A stretch of DNA of 64,000 nt from a plasmid, in the sequence record NZ_CP069398.1. The stretch is one strand, 5' to 3'. A model generated the notes under the pieces. That model worked only from the letters and a program-made list of their open reading frames with translations. It was not told the origin of the DNA and made no database searches. Positions 10,091 to 20,270 of the stretch are shown here, one piece after another. The position numbers and the translations under genes are program-made. Every line of letters begins with the position of its first letter. Position 1 is the stretch's first letter.

Positions 10091-10984
10091 GTGAAAGTAG
10101 GATTAATTGGATTAGGGAAAATGGGTATGAACTTAGGAAAAAACTTAATTGACAATAAACACCGTGTAATGGCGTTTGATCTAAATACAAATACTATTGA
10201 AGAAATTAAAAAATACGGAGTTGAAGGAGCATCCAGTTTACAAGATCTTGTTCAATCATTAGAAAAGCCACGAGTTGTTTGGATAATGGTCCCACACTCC
10301 GTCGTTGATTCAGTTATTAGTGAAATCACACCATTTCTAAGTGAAGGAGATATCGTCATTGAAGCTGGTAATTCGCATTATAAGGAATCCATTCGTCGTT
10401 ACGAACAGTTGAAGAAAGTTGGAGTGAGCTTTATGGATGCCGGTACTTCTGGGGGGATGGAAGGTGCTCGCTATGGTGCTTGTTATATGATTGGTGGAGA
10501 TCCTGAAGCATGGAGCATTGTCGAGCCGATTTTTAGAGATACAGCTGTAGATAATGGGTATTTATATGCTGGGAAATCTGGTAGTGGCCACTTCTTAAAA
10601 ATGGTCCACAATGGAATAGAATACGGAATGATGGCCGCCATTGGTGAAGGATTCGAAGTCCTGGAAAAAAGCGATTTCGATTTTGACTATGAAAAAGTGG
10701 CACGGGTGTGGAATAACGGTTCTGTCATCCGCTCATGGCTCATGGAATTGACAGAACGCGCATTTTCTAAAGATGCAAAATTAGATGAAATTAAGGGCAT
10801 TATGCATTCTTCTGGGGAAGGGAAATGGACAGTTGAAACCGCTTTGGATCTTCAAACAGCTACCCCTGTTATCGCTATGTCTTTACTAATGCGTTACCGT
10901 TCATTAGACAATGATACATTTACAGGTAAAGTGGTAGCTTCCCTTCGTAATGAATTTGGCGGACATGCTGTGGAAAAATCATAA
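10091..10984 (+). CDS. 6-phosphogluconate dehydrogenase, short decarboxylating form (YqeC/GndA-like)
   Basis: GTG start with RBS AAAGGAGG 8 nt upstream. Rossmann motif VGLIGLGKMGMNLGKNL. Length about 297 aa, typical of short-form 6PGDH-like proteins. The ORF-track start at 10037 is probably too long. Confidence 0.7.
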   Translation: MKVGLIGLGKMGMNLGKNLIDNKHRVMAFDLNTNTIEEIKKYGVEGASSLQDLVQSLEKPRVVWIMVPHSVVDSVISEITPFLSEGDIVIEAGNSHYKESIRRYEQLKKVGVSFMDAGTSGGMEGARYGACYMIGGDPEAWSIVEPIFRDTAVDNGYLYAGKSGSGHFLKMVHNGIEYGMMAAIGEGFEVLEKSDFDFDYEKVARVWNNGSVIRSWLMELTERAFSKDAKLDEIKGIMHSSGEGKWTVETALDLQTATPVIAMSLLMRYRSLDNDTFTGKVVASLRNEFGGHAVEKS

Positions 10985-11099
10985 AGTCATCTGCTGTATA
11001 TGTCTTTCGTTAAAATGAGCCGGAAATTCATTGGATTTTTAGTTTGGTATATCCCAAAAATTGGTAGATTTACTTAAGTCGTTGATAGTGCTAACTATG

Positions 11100-11300
11100 T
11101 TGATTGAAGCGGAAGGAGCGAGACTCCTCGAAAATGCATTCACATTTTCTCGTGCGGTGCCTATTCACGGATGATGATTCAACGTCCTGCGGGAAAAACA
11201 TGACAAGGGAGACCCCGCAGCCGCACAGCGCCGAGGAGGCTCCCGGCTCGCCCGCGGAAAGCGAGCACCTGGAGCCAACAGACAAGTTTAACAGAGCCAA
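11100..11300. repeat. GC-rich structured intergenic repeat (B. cereus-group bcr-like element)
   Basis: About 200 bp with strikingly higher GC than its surroundings. Several internal palindromes (cgaaaatg...cattttcg; gctcgc...gcgagc). ORFs on both strands (91 aa and 71 aa) overlap it and are probably spurious. Confidence 0.4.
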
Positions 11301-11315
11301 AAAAATAAAACAATA

Positions 11316-11822
11316 TTGAGGTGTGACATCATGAACGTATTGGATGCAAAAATCATTAACACACAATATGGTTTAGAAACCTATTTAGACATGGTGAAGA
11401 ATATCGAAGTAAAAGAACTCCATTCTCCATCAGATAATGAGCCCTTTTATGAAATAGTATTAGGGATAGAGTATTTTCTTCTAAGGGACGGAAAATATTA
11501 TGATAGTGAAAGGAATTATTTTCGGATTCAAATGAGCGAAGATTTTAATTCAATCACGTTAAGAGAGACAGATACCGAAAGTTTATTTGCTGTCAAAACC
11601 GAACACGAGAGAGACTCAACTAAGCTACTGGTTGGAGAATGGCTTATAAAAACCAATGCTTTCAAGCAAGTAATAAGTGAACTGATCCAACAAAAGAAAA
11701 TGGAGAATGTTCAAAATGAGGGAGACACTCGAAAAGTATTAGGAACGATAAGATTCTTGGAAATATTACTTGAAATCAAAACAGAAGACATACTAAGTGC
11801 CGATGTAGAGAGGGACCATTGA
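11316..11822 (+). CDS. Hypothetical protein (168 aa)
   Basis: Clean ORF with no recognisable motifs. Lies between the 6PGDH-like gene and pgi. Confidence 0.4.
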   Translation: MRCDIMNVLDAKIINTQYGLETYLDMVKNIEVKELHSPSDNEPFYEIVLGIEYFLLRDGKYYDSERNYFRIQMSEDFNSITLRETDTESLFAVKTEHERDSTKLLVGEWLIKTNAFKQVISELIQQKKMENVQNEGDTRKVLGTIRFLEILLEIKTEDILSADVERDH

Positions 11823-12062
11823 GTTTTCTTAATACTAACTGTCTTTTAATGTACGCTATTGATAATTACACGGTCCCACTAAGGATTTTTCAAAATTGAA
11901 AAGGGGGAGTTTAAATGTGTTTTTAAAAACTTCCCTTATATACTGTAGAAAAGGAGAATGCACTAACATGAAACGTTTTACTATGCCGAGAGATCTTTTT
12001 TACGGAGAAGGATCTCCGATTGAAGCAGCTAAGCTAAATTTGATTGAAAGGGGAAGTAATGT

Positions 12063-13400
12063 ATGACTATTTCGTTTGATTACTCCAATGCATTAGCATT
12101 TATGAAAAAGAGTGAAGTAGATAATCTAAGTGAATTTGTAAAAGTGGCTCATAAAATGCTACATGAAAAAACAGGCCCCGGCTCTGATTATCTTGGTTGG
12201 GTCGATTTGCCACTAAACTATGATAAGAGTGAATTTGAAAGAATTAAACAAGCTGCTGAAAGAATCAAGAAACATTCAGACGCAATGGTTGTAATTGGTA
12301 TTGGTGGTTCGTATTTGGGTGCAAGATCAGCTATAGAAGCTTTGTCCCATAGCTTTCATAACCAAATGAACGATAAGACAAAAGTGTATTTTGCCGGTCA
12401 CAATATCAGTTCTACTTATATATCTCATTTATTTGAACTATTAGAGGGGAAAGATATCTCTGTTAACGTCATTTCCAAATCAGGAACAACGACAGAGCCA
12501 GCCCTTGCTTTCCGTATTTTTCGTGACTATATGGAGAAAAAATACGGAAAAGAAGAGGCGAGAAAACGTATTTTTGCCACTACTGATCAGGAAAAAGGCG
12601 TATTAAAAAAGCTCGCGGACAAAGAAGGATATGAAACGTTTGTTATTCCGGATGATGTAGGTGGAAGGTATTCTGTGCTAACAGCAGTTGGTCTCTTACC
12701 AATTGCCGTAGCAGGACTTGATATTGATCATATGATGGAAGGGGCAGCAGCAGCAGCCCGTAAATACAACAATCCTGATTTATTGACAAATGAGAGCTAT
12801 CAGTATGCTGCGGTCCGAAATGTACTCTACAATAAGGGAAAAGCAATTGAAGTGCTTGTTAACTATGAGCCCTCCCTTCACTACGTATCGGAATGGTGGA
12901 AGCAGCTGTTTGGGGAAAGTGAAGGAAAAGATCAAAAGGGGCTATTCCCTGCTTCCGTTGATTTTTCAACGGATTTGCATTCCATGGGGCAATATGTACA
13001 AGAAGGTCGACGAAACCTTTTAGAAACGGTTTTACAGATTAAGAAACCTCGAATTGAAGTGACTATTCAGGAGGATCCAGAAAATATTGATGGATTAAAC
13101 TTCCTGGCAGGTAAGACGATGGATGAAGTCAACAAAAGTGCATTTCAGGGTACCCTTATGGCCCATATAGATGGAGAAGTACCTAATCTCGTGATTGAAC
13201 TGGATGAAATGAATGAATACACTTACGGTGAGATGGTTTACTTTTTTGAGAAGGCATGTGGGATTAGTGGCCATCTATTAGGAGTTAACCCATTTGACCA
13301 GCCTGGAGTCGAAGCATACAAGAAGAATATGTTTGCTTTACTTGACAAACCTGGTTTTGAAGCAGAAAAAGCTACTCTCATGGAGCGTTTATCAAAATAA
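12063..13400 (+). CDS. pgi: Glucose-6-phosphate isomerase
   Basis: 445 aa. The N-terminus aligns with B. subtilis Pgi (...[11 protein letters not shown]...LGWVDLP). Has the SIS/PGI motif [11 protein letters not shown]. Confidence 0.9.
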   Translation: MTISFDYSNALAFMKKSEVDNLSEFVKVAHKMLHEKTGPGSDYLGWVDLPLNYDKSEFERIKQAAERIKKHSDAMVVIGIGGSYLGARSAIEALSHSFHNQMNDKTKVYFAGHNISSTYISHLFELLEGKDISVNVISKSGTTTEPALAFRIFRDYMEKKYGKEEARKRIFATTDQEKGVLKKLADKEGYETFVIPDDVGGRYSVLTAVGLLPIAVAGLDIDHMMEGAAAAARKYNNPDLLTNESYQYAAVRNVLYNKGKAIEVLVNYEPSLHYVSEWWKQLFGESEGKDQKGLFPASVDFSTDLHSMGQYVQEGRRNLLETVLQIKKPRIEVTIQEDPENIDGLNFLAGKTMDEVNKSAFQGTLMAHIDGEVPNLVIELDEMNEYTYGEMVYFFEKACGISGHLLGVNPFDQPGVEAYKKNMFALLDKPGFEAEKATLMERLSK

Positions 13401-13429
13401 TTATATCTGATTGGTTTTGTATTAATAAA

Positions 13430-13590
13430 AAGATTGTTACCAAAAACCATATTTTTTGTAACAATATTTATGAGAAATACTGATGCTTGATTTTACTAAT
13501 TTTATAGGTTACCAAAAATAATTACCAAAAGTTTTACCAAATACTTTTACAAAAATGATGTCTCTTGTACAATTAGATTATTAAATTGTG
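13430..13590. promoter_or_regulatory. Putative res (resolution) site and tnpR promoter region
   Basis: Dyad TTGTTACcaaaaaccatattttttGTAACAA is a candidate crossover subsite I. It is followed by repeated TTACCAAAA/TTTTACAAAA motifs (subsites II/III) immediately upstream of the resolvase gene. Confidence 0.5.
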
Positions 13591-13604
13591 CAGGAGGCTT
13601 CTTT

Positions 13605-14171
13605 ATGATAATCGGTTATGCTCGAGTTTCGACAGTTGACCAAAATTTAGACCGACAAATTATATTACTTTCTGAGTACGGCTGTGAAAAAATGGTTCAA
13701 GAGAAATTTACTGGGACTACAAAGGATAGAGATGGACTTAACTCATTGCTAGATGTAATAAGGAAAGGTGATACCGTTGTAGTAGAAAGTATTTCACGCT
13801 TAGGGAGAAAAACACTTGATATTCTTTCTATTATTCAGCAATTCGAGGATACTGGTGTAAAGTTCGTTTCTATTAAGGAGAACATGGATACAAGAACATC
13901 AACGGGAAAAGCCATGTTTCAAATGATGTGTGTCATCGCAGAGTTAGAAAGAAATTTAATTGTAGAAAGAGTTAAAGAAGGGTTAGAAGCGAGTAAAAGA
14001 AGAGGAAAAAAACTAGGAAGGCCTAAAGTGGATCAAGGGAAAATTGAAATAGCCTTGAGGATGTATGACAGTAAAGAATACTCGGTAAAAGAAATTGTAG
14101 AAGGTACAGGACTTTCACAGGGATCATTATATCGAGCGATTAATAAAAGAAAACTAGTAGAAGCAAATTAA
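13605..14171 (+). CDS. tnpR: Serine recombinase, Tn3-family resolvase
   Basis: 188 aa. N-terminal catalytic motif IGYARVSTVDQNLDRQ. C-terminal HTH. Confidence 0.9.
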   Translation: MIIGYARVSTVDQNLDRQIILLSEYGCEKMVQEKFTGTTKDRDGLNSLLDVIRKGDTVVVESISRLGRKTLDILSIIQQFEDTGVKFVSIKENMDTRTSTGKAMFQMMCVIAELERNLIVERVKEGLEASKRRGKKLGRPKVDQGKIEIALRMYDSKEYSVKEIVEGTGLSQGSLYRAINKRKLVEAN

Positions 14172-14242
14172 TAATCTCTTATATTTTTAGGGAATTATGT
14201 GACGGACTAGGGCAGCTACTCTGTCACCACCCCCAACTTAAT

Positions 14243-17209
14243 TTGAATGGAGTTGGTAATTTGGCATCTATAGAACGTACGGCTTATCCAAGATTTAAAA
14301 AACGTCCTACTTCAAAAGAACTTCGTGATGTTTACTCCCCTACACCTGAAGAAAACCAATTTGCGCATAAAGTTGCTAGAGGACCTGTTTCAGTTCTAAG
14401 TCTATTAGTTATGTTAAAGTCTTTCCAACGACTTGGTTACTTTCCTCGACCGAAAGATATTCCTGTAGAGATCATGATTCATATTCGGACCTGTTTGAAT
14501 CTCTCTGCTAGTGTTGAACCGAATTACAATAGTAAATCAATTTACCGACATCAAAAAGCAATTAGAGATTACCTCAATGTACGTCCTTATGGAAAAGAAG
14601 CCTTACATATTGCAACTACTTCAATTTATAAGGCTACACAGGTAATGGACAATCCAGCCGATCTTATCAACGTATCCATTGAAATATTAATAAAAGAAAG
14701 GTGTGAATTACCTGCTTTTAGTACATTAGATCGATTGGCTCGTCGTATAAGAACATTAGTGAATCACCAGTTATTTAATTCAGTATTTTCAAAATTGACT
14801 CCTGAAATTGAGCGAAAATTAGATCAATTACTAGTTACTAAAAATGATAATCGGACTTCTGAATATAACTTATTAAAAGAAATTCCAAAAAGCGCAACAC
14901 TTTCGCATATGAAAGAAATACAAAATAGGTTACTTCTGTTAACTGATTTTATAGAAGAAATTGATAGCTTACTAGAGGATATTCCAAATTTAAAAATTAA
15001 ACACTTCGCTTTAGAAGCAAAAGCGCTTGATGCATCAGAATTAAAAGACTTTAATTTAGCTAAAAGATATATGCTGCTACTTTGTATGATTTATCGCTCA
15101 AAAATTTCAGCTATAGATAGTTTGGTAGAGATGTTTCTCAAAAGAGTCAGAACAATACATAACAAAGGCAAAGAGGAGCTAGAACTTCTTCGAGAAAAAC
15201 ATAGATCAAAAACTGAAAATCTTATATCTGTTTTGGCGGAAGTCTTAAATGCCACAAGTATAAATGAGAACGATACCTTGACTGGTCAGAAAATAAGGGA
15301 GTTATTAGGGAGAAGAGGTGGTATCGACGCATTAAAAGAAGATTGTGAATCAATTTCATCATATAATGGCAATAACTACCTTCCTCTTTTATGGAAGTTC
15401 TATAAAAGCCACAGGAAAACTCTTTTTAGATTGATTAGTATGATTGAAATTAATTCAACCACACAGGATCAATCACTTTTAGAAGCTTTACAATTTTTAC
15501 GTGATAATGAGAACCGAAAAATTGAAAATCTACAAATAGATTTGGATCTTTCATTTGCTAGTGAACAGTGGAAAAAAACGATTTATGTACCTAAAGAAAA
15601 TAACTTAATCCATCGTAAACACCTTGAAATCTGTATTTTTTCCTATCTTGCAAGCGATTTAAAAACGGGAGACCTTTGTGTAAAAGGATCAGAGAATTTT
15701 GCTGATTACCGTGAACAGCTCCTTTCTTGGGATGAGTGTAAACCTATGGTAGATGAATACTGTAAGGAACTTGGCTTTTCTTCAAATTCAGGGGATTTTG
15801 TTCAACAATTAAAGCTCTGGCTAGGAGATACTGCACAAAAAGTAGATTTAAACTACCCTGATAACGGCCAGGTAATCATTAATGAAAATGGAGAACCAAC
15901 GTTGAGAAAAATAATGAGAAAAGAACAACCTCAGACAAGTAAGGCGTTAGAGGTAGTTATTTCTCAACGGTTACCTGAACGAAATGTCTTAGATATTCTT
16001 TGTAATGTAGAACATTGGACAAATTGGACACGGCATTTTGGACCATTATCTGGTTCAGATCCTAAGCTTGAAAATGCAATGGAACGTTATATCATTACTT
16101 CTTTTGGATACGGATGTAATTTAGGACCAACACAGACTTCTAAGCACATGAAAAAAGCAGTAACCCCACACATGATTTCATTTGTAAATCGGCGACATAT
16201 TAATGCATCTAAAATAGACGAAGCTATTCGTAATATTTTAAATCAATACAATCAATTTAGTTTGCCTAGACTATGGGGTGATGGAAAAACGGCTGCTGCA
16301 GATGGAACAAAATTTGATCTCTACGAAGAAAACTTAATCTCTGAATACCACATTCGATACGGAGGTTATGGGGGGATTGCATATCATCATGTTTCAGATA
16401 CTTATATTGCACTCTTTAGTCACTTCATTCCATGTGGAGTTTGGGAAGCAGTTTATATTATTGATGGTTTGCTGAAAAATAAATCAGACATTCAGCCCGA
16501 TACGTTACATGCTGATACGCAAGGTCAATCAACGCCTGTTTTTGCACTTGCACATTTATTGGGGATTAATTTAATGCCTCGTATTCGAAATTGGAAGGAT
16601 TTAAAATTTTACAGGGCTGATAAGGACACAAAATATCACCACATTGATCAGTTGTTTAGTGATACCGTTGACTGGGACCTAATTGAAACACACTGGCAAG
16701 ATCTGCTCCAAGTGGTTCTTTCTATAAAAGCTGGTAAAATATTACCCTCTACACTACTTAGAAAACTAAGTAACTATAGTAGAAAAAACCGATTATATCA
16801 AGCTTTTAGGGAATTAGGAAGGATTGTAAGAACTGTATTTTTGCTTAAATATATTTCTGATATAAAACTAAGAGAGCAAATTGGTGCTAGTACAAACAAA
16901 GTCGAAGCATATAACGGCTTTTCCAAATGGCTATTTTTTGGTGGCGATGGGATCATTTCAGAAAATGATCCAGAAGAACAAGAAAAGCGAATTAAATATA
17001 ATGATTTAGTTGCCAACGCAGTAATATTCCAAAATGTATGTGATATAACACTTATTTTGTGGGAACTTTCTAAAGAAGGCTATGTATTTTCAAAAGAAGA
17101 TATTGTCATGCTTAGCCCTTATCTGACTAGGCATATAAAACGTTTCGGAGACTATATGATCGATTTAGAAAATATTCCACAACCAATCGAGGGAGATATT
17201 CCTGTATAG
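14243..17209 (+). CDS. tnpA: Tn3-family DDE transposase
   Basis: 988 aa, the characteristic length. The gene ends 49 bp from the 42-bp terminal IR. Confidence 0.85.
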   Translation: MNGVGNLASIERTAYPRFKKRPTSKELRDVYSPTPEENQFAHKVARGPVSVLSLLVMLKSFQRLGYFPRPKDIPVEIMIHIRTCLNLSASVEPNYNSKSIYRHQKAIRDYLNVRPYGKEALHIATTSIYKATQVMDNPADLINVSIEILIKERCELPAFSTLDRLARRIRTLVNHQLFNSVFSKLTPEIERKLDQLLVTKNDNRTSEYNLLKEIPKSATLSHMKEIQNRLLLLTDFIEEIDSLLEDIPNLKIKHFALEAKALDASELKDFNLAKRYMLLLCMIYRSKISAIDSLVEMFLKRVRTIHNKGKEELELLREKHRSKTENLISVLAEVLNATSINENDTLTGQKIRELLGRRGGIDALKEDCESISSYNGNNYLPLLWKFYKSHRKTLFRLISMIEINSTTQDQSLLEALQFLRDNENRKIENLQIDLDLSFASEQWKKTIYVPKENNLIHRKHLEICIFSYLASDLKTGDLCVKGSENFADYREQLLSWDECKPMVDEYCKELGFSSNSGDFVQQLKLWLGDTAQKVDLNYPDNGQVIINENGEPTLRKIMRKEQPQTSKALEVVISQRLPERNVLDILCNVEHWTNWTRHFGPLSGSDPKLENAMERYIITSFGYGCNLGPTQTSKHMKKAVTPHMISFVNRRHINASKIDEAIRNILNQYNQFSLPRLWGDGKTAAADGTKFDLYEENLISEYHIRYGGYGGIAYHHVSDTYIALFSHFIPCGVWEAVYIIDGLLKNKSDIQPDTLHADTQGQSTPVFALAHLLGINLMPRIRNWKDLKFYRADKDTKYHHIDQLFSDTVDWDLIETHWQDLLQVVLSIKAGKILPSTLLRKLSNYSRKNRLYQAFRELGRIVRTVFLLKYISDIKLREQIGASTNKVEAYNGFSKWLFFGGDGIISENDPEEQEKRIKYNDLVANAVIFQNVCDITLILWELSKEGYVFSKEDIVMLSPYLTRHIKRFGDYMIDLENIPQPIEGDIPV

Positions 17210-17257
17210 TATATAAGAAAGTAAAGAGCAAGAAAGGGTTATAAATGGTAAACAATA

Positions 17258-17299
17258 CCATACTATGACCCTTTTTTACATGTATCTCGGTCGTACCCC
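17258..17299 (-). repeat. Right terminal inverted repeat of the Tn3-family transposon
   Basis: Reverse complement GGGGTACGACCGAGATACATGTAAAAAAGGGTCATAGTATGG, 38/42 identical to IRL. The adjacent 17300..17304 AAGTA repeats the target-site duplication at 4164..4168. Confidence 0.8.
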
Positions 17300-17326
17300 A
17301 AGTATGTCCCATAGCAAACACCTTTT

Positions 17327-17914
17327 CTAATTGTTATTTTTTAAAGACGAGATAATCTTATTAAAGTTTTCTATTATATGAATTAGTTCTCTAATTAGCA
17401 ATAATAAAATAATTATACAAATGGAAATGATTAAATATTGCCATGATTTATATCCAAATGCATAAACAGGGTTATTCGTATTTATTAAAGTATCAATAGA
17501 GAACAATGAATTTTTATTAAATGAAATTAAAAGTGCGGTTATAATGAGAAGAATATTTCTCACAACCAGTTTCCACGATAATTGATGATTCCCTAAAACT
17601 CCTCCACATCCACATGATATTTCTGTACGTCCCCGTAATAAATTTATAGAAATAGCAGTAATATAGACAAATAACAACGAAACTGCGCCTATGATAGCTA
17701 CTATTTCTAAAAGTCCGATTATTAGAAGTATTCCAACGGCTAATTCTGCTATAAAGTCCAATCTTCCAGCTATCTTAGAAAAATTAGAAGGTATTACTTT
17801 ATAATCGCTAATTATTCCAATATGTTTATCAAAATTGTTATATTTTGAAATAGCACTACTTAGAAAGATAAACGCTAAAAATACCCTTAAAAATAATTCT
17901 AATGCTGAGTTCAT
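17327..17914 (-). CDS. MauE/DoxX-like integral membrane protein with a CGCGG cysteine cluster
   Basis: 195 aa, 4-5 TM helices, motif ISCGCGGVLG. MauE-family proteins support disulfide formation in secreted cysteine-rich proteins. The stop is 10 nt from the native ATG of the split thioredoxin gene, so the two were translationally coupled. Confidence 0.55.
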   Translation of the reverse strand: MNSALELFLRVFLAFIFLSSAISKYNNFDKHIGIISDYKVIPSNFSKIAGRLDFIAELAVGILLIIGLLEIVAIIGAVSLLFVYITAISINLLRGRTEISCGCGGVLGNHQLSWKLVVRNILLIITALLISFNKNSLFSIDTLINTNNPVYAFGYKSWQYLIISICIIILLLLIRELIHIIENFNKIISSLKNNN

Positions 17915-19725
17915 ACAAGCACCTCTTGAACTTCTTTCTTATCTTGATACCATTGAGCCTGACTATTATACATTTCTGCGTATAGGGCACCTAATTTTAT
18001 TAAATCATCATGAGTTCCTTCCTCAACGATCTGTCCATTTTTTAAAACTAGAATACGATCCGCAAGTTTAGCAGAGGCCATTCTGTGAGAAATAAATAAT
18101 GTCGTTTTATCTTTAGAAAGTTCATTAAACTTGTTATATATATTTAATTCCGTGATAGGGTCTAAAGCTGAAGATGGTTCATCTAATATTAATACCTCAG
18201 CATCCCTAAATAATGCTCTAGATATAGCGATTTTTTGCCATTGTCCACCAGATAAATCCACTCCACTCCCCAAAAAATTCCCTAACAAAGTATCGTATCC
18301 CTTATTAAGCTTATTGATAAAATCATGCGAATCTGCCAATTGAGACGTAGCTAGTATCTTTTCTTTGTTATTTATTTCACCAGTAGAACTTATTGCTATA
18401 TTCTCAAAGGCTTTAAAGTAATATTTCATAAAATCTTGAAAGATGATGGAGAACTTGTTTCTTATGTCATTAGGGTTTATATAATTTGAATCAATATTAT
18501 CATATAAAATTGACCCACTGGTTGGTTTGTACAAACCTGCTAAACACTTAACTAAAGTAGTTTTCCCGGAACCATTCCTACCAACAATGGCGATTTTCTC
18601 CCCTGGTTTAATTGTTAAAGAAATATCTTTCAGAATCTCATTTTCACTATTTAAATATCTGAAAGAAATGTTCTTTAATTCTATACCCTTCTGCAATTTT
18701 TCATGTAAGAGCTGTTGCACTTTTCGATTGTCATTTAATTCATCTTCAGTGTTATAATCTACAAATTTATAATAATCATTAATATATAATGATTTCTCAT
18801 AAATTTGCGCCAAATCAACTGCAATTCCATTAATTGAACTTTGAGTAGTATGGACTGCTTCACCTATTACAACAAACTCCCCAATTTGAATTTTGGTTTT
18901 TTTTATGAGCCATATTATAATGAATGCTGCCCCTCCGTAAAACAAAGCCGATGCTCCATCTAAAGCAATTTTAGATTGATGTTCTTTTTTGGCTAACAAT
19001 AAATTTGCTTTATTATTCTTAATAAATTTTTTAGACCACTTATGTAATAAAAAATCTCTTAAATTAAAAGAACGGATTTCTTTAGAAGCTTCCCGAACTT
19101 TGATCAATTGTGAAATATAATCAGCCTCACGAGCTTCAGGTGTAGTATTGTATAGCAACCAGAAGCGTTTATCTCCAAATTTAGAGTTAATAATAAACAT
19201 AGGTATACATACAACTAAACTAAAGACTACTAAAGACCAATGGATGCTAAATAAGAACCCTAGCATAGAGATTAAAGTAATAAAAGTCCTAAAAATTTGT
19301 ATTACTGACTTAAAAGGAGCCAAGAAAGCATTCCCACTACCATCTAATCTCGATAAATGATTGTAAAAATTATTATCATCAAAATACTCTAAAGGAATAG
19401 AGGAAGCCCTTTTTAATATTTCAGATTCTAAATAATAATTTAAATGCAATTGGAATTTTTTATCTATATAGTCATTAATATTAGTTATAAATGTACTAGC
19501 TAAAGAAATGAATAACTGTAAAATTAACAATGTAATTGGTAAAGAAAAATCATAATCAGAGTGATTGATGCTGTAAGCTAAGGAGTTAACTAGTTCTTTA
19601 GTTATGAATAGTACGAGAACAGGCACAACCCCTAATAAAATATTAGAAAAAACAGAAATAAAAATCCAAGATTTTCCCATGGACCAAATTAATTTAAAAG
19701 CTTTTGTCATGTTAATTATGTTCAA
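17911..19725 (-). CDS. ABC exporter, fused TMD-NBD (type I exporter, 604 aa), no C39 peptidase domain
   Basis: Walker A GRNGSGKTT, signature LSGGQWQK, Walker B ILILDEPSSALD. A six-TM N-terminal half. Confidence 0.85.
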   Translation of the reverse strand: MNIINMTKAFKLIWSMGKSWIFISVFSNILLGVVPVLVLFITKELVNSLAYSINHSDYDFSLPITLLILQLFISLASTFITNINDYIDKKFQLHLNYYLESEILKRASSIPLEYFDDNNFYNHLSRLDGSGNAFLAPFKSVIQIFRTFITLISMLGFLFSIHWSLVVFSLVVCIPMFIINSKFGDKRFWLLYNTTPEAREADYISQLIKVREASKEIRSFNLRDFLLHKWSKKFIKNNKANLLLAKKEHQSKIALDGASALFYGGAAFIIIWLIKKTKIQIGEFVVIGEAVHTTQSSINGIAVDLAQIYEKSLYINDYYKFVDYNTEDELNDNRKVQQLLHEKLQKGIELKNISFRYLNSENEILKDISLTIKPGEKIAIVGRNGSGKTTLVKCLAGLYKPTSGSILYDNIDSNYINPNDIRNKFSIIFQDFMKYYFKAFENIAISSTGEINNKEKILATSQLADSHDFINKLNKGYDTLLGNFLGSGVDLSGGQWQKIAISRALFRDAEVLILDEPSSALDPITELNIYNKFNELSKDKTTLFISHRMASAKLADRILVLKNGQIVEEGTHDDLIKLGALYAEMYNSQAQWYQDKKEVQEVLV

Positions 19726-19754
19726 TTTAAATCACCTTAGTCTTTACATTTTGT

Positions 19755-20270
19755 TCATTTAGTAAGAAATGAATGTAGCTTTCCTGCTAATGAGGTTACC
19801 ATCTCAATTTTTCCGTCATGATTAATAAAAATAAACGTTGGATATTGAGATATATCTGCTCTGTCCAAAAATTCTTTTGAGTACGGTAATGTTTTCACTG
19901 AGTCTTTATATTGATAAATAAACTCTTTAATTTTATTTTTTTCCTCATCTCTATTTCCAGATGCCACAGACATGACATAGTATTCAGCTTTATATTTATT
20001 TTTATTTTTTAGTAATTGTTCAAGTGCTACATGACAACTTGAACAACTAGTTAAAGAAACCTGTATGATTAACCTTTTGGAAGGAATATTCCAGTTGTGT
20101 GGCATTATTGTTCGAATATCTTCTCCCATCAAAGAGTGTTCTAGTTGTTCTACATTAGCTTCTATATTGGGTAAATAGCTCAATTCTATATTTAATGCTC
20201 GATACTGACAAAAATTAAATATTAATAGTATAAAAAAGCAGACACATATAATGCTTAAAATAATGTTCAT
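19755..20270 (-). CDS. TlpA-like thiol-disulfide oxidoreductase (thioredoxin fold, CxxC = CSSC), membrane-anchored
   Basis: 171 aa with an N-terminal TM helix and an active-site-like CSSC in a thioredoxin-like context. Confidence 0.6.
   Translation of the reverse strand: MNIILSIICVCFFILLIFNFCQYRALNIELSYLPNIEANVEQLEHSLMGEDIRTIMPHNWNIPSKRLIIQVSLTSCSSCHVALEQLLKNKNKYKAEYYVMSVASGNRDEEKNKIKEFIYQYKDSVKTLPYSKEFLDRADISQYPTFIFINHDGKIEMVTSLAGKLHSFLTK

Larger units (their letters stand above)
4169..17299 (+). mobile_element. Tn3-family transposon (13,131 bp) with tnpR and tnpA at the right arm and a metabolic cargo (Gfo/Idh/MocA pseudogene, hxlB, hxlA, hxlR, zwf, 6PGDH-like, pgi)
   Basis: 42-bp terminal inverted repeats beginning GGGG, 38/42 identical (4169..4210 vs reverse complement of 17258..17299). 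Perfect 5-bp direct repeats AAGTA at 4164..4168 and 17300..17304. A 988-aa Tn3-type TnpA ends 49 bp from the IRR. A serine resolvase and res-like repeats lie upstream of tnpA. The host ORF is precisely reconstituted when the element is removed. Confidence 0.85.

Noticed and set aside
11091-11366. Overlapping 91-aa (minus) and 71-aa (plus) ORFs
   Set aside because: Both lie within the GC-rich palindromic repeat, and ORFs on both strands over a structured repeat are typical of spurious calls.
17127-17321. 64-aa minus-strand ORF (MFAMGHTWGTTEIHV...) spanning the right transposon junction
   Set aside because: It is a chimera of the native first 4 codons of the split thioredoxin gene (MGHT) read through into the transposon IRR. 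It is an insertion artefact, not a gene.
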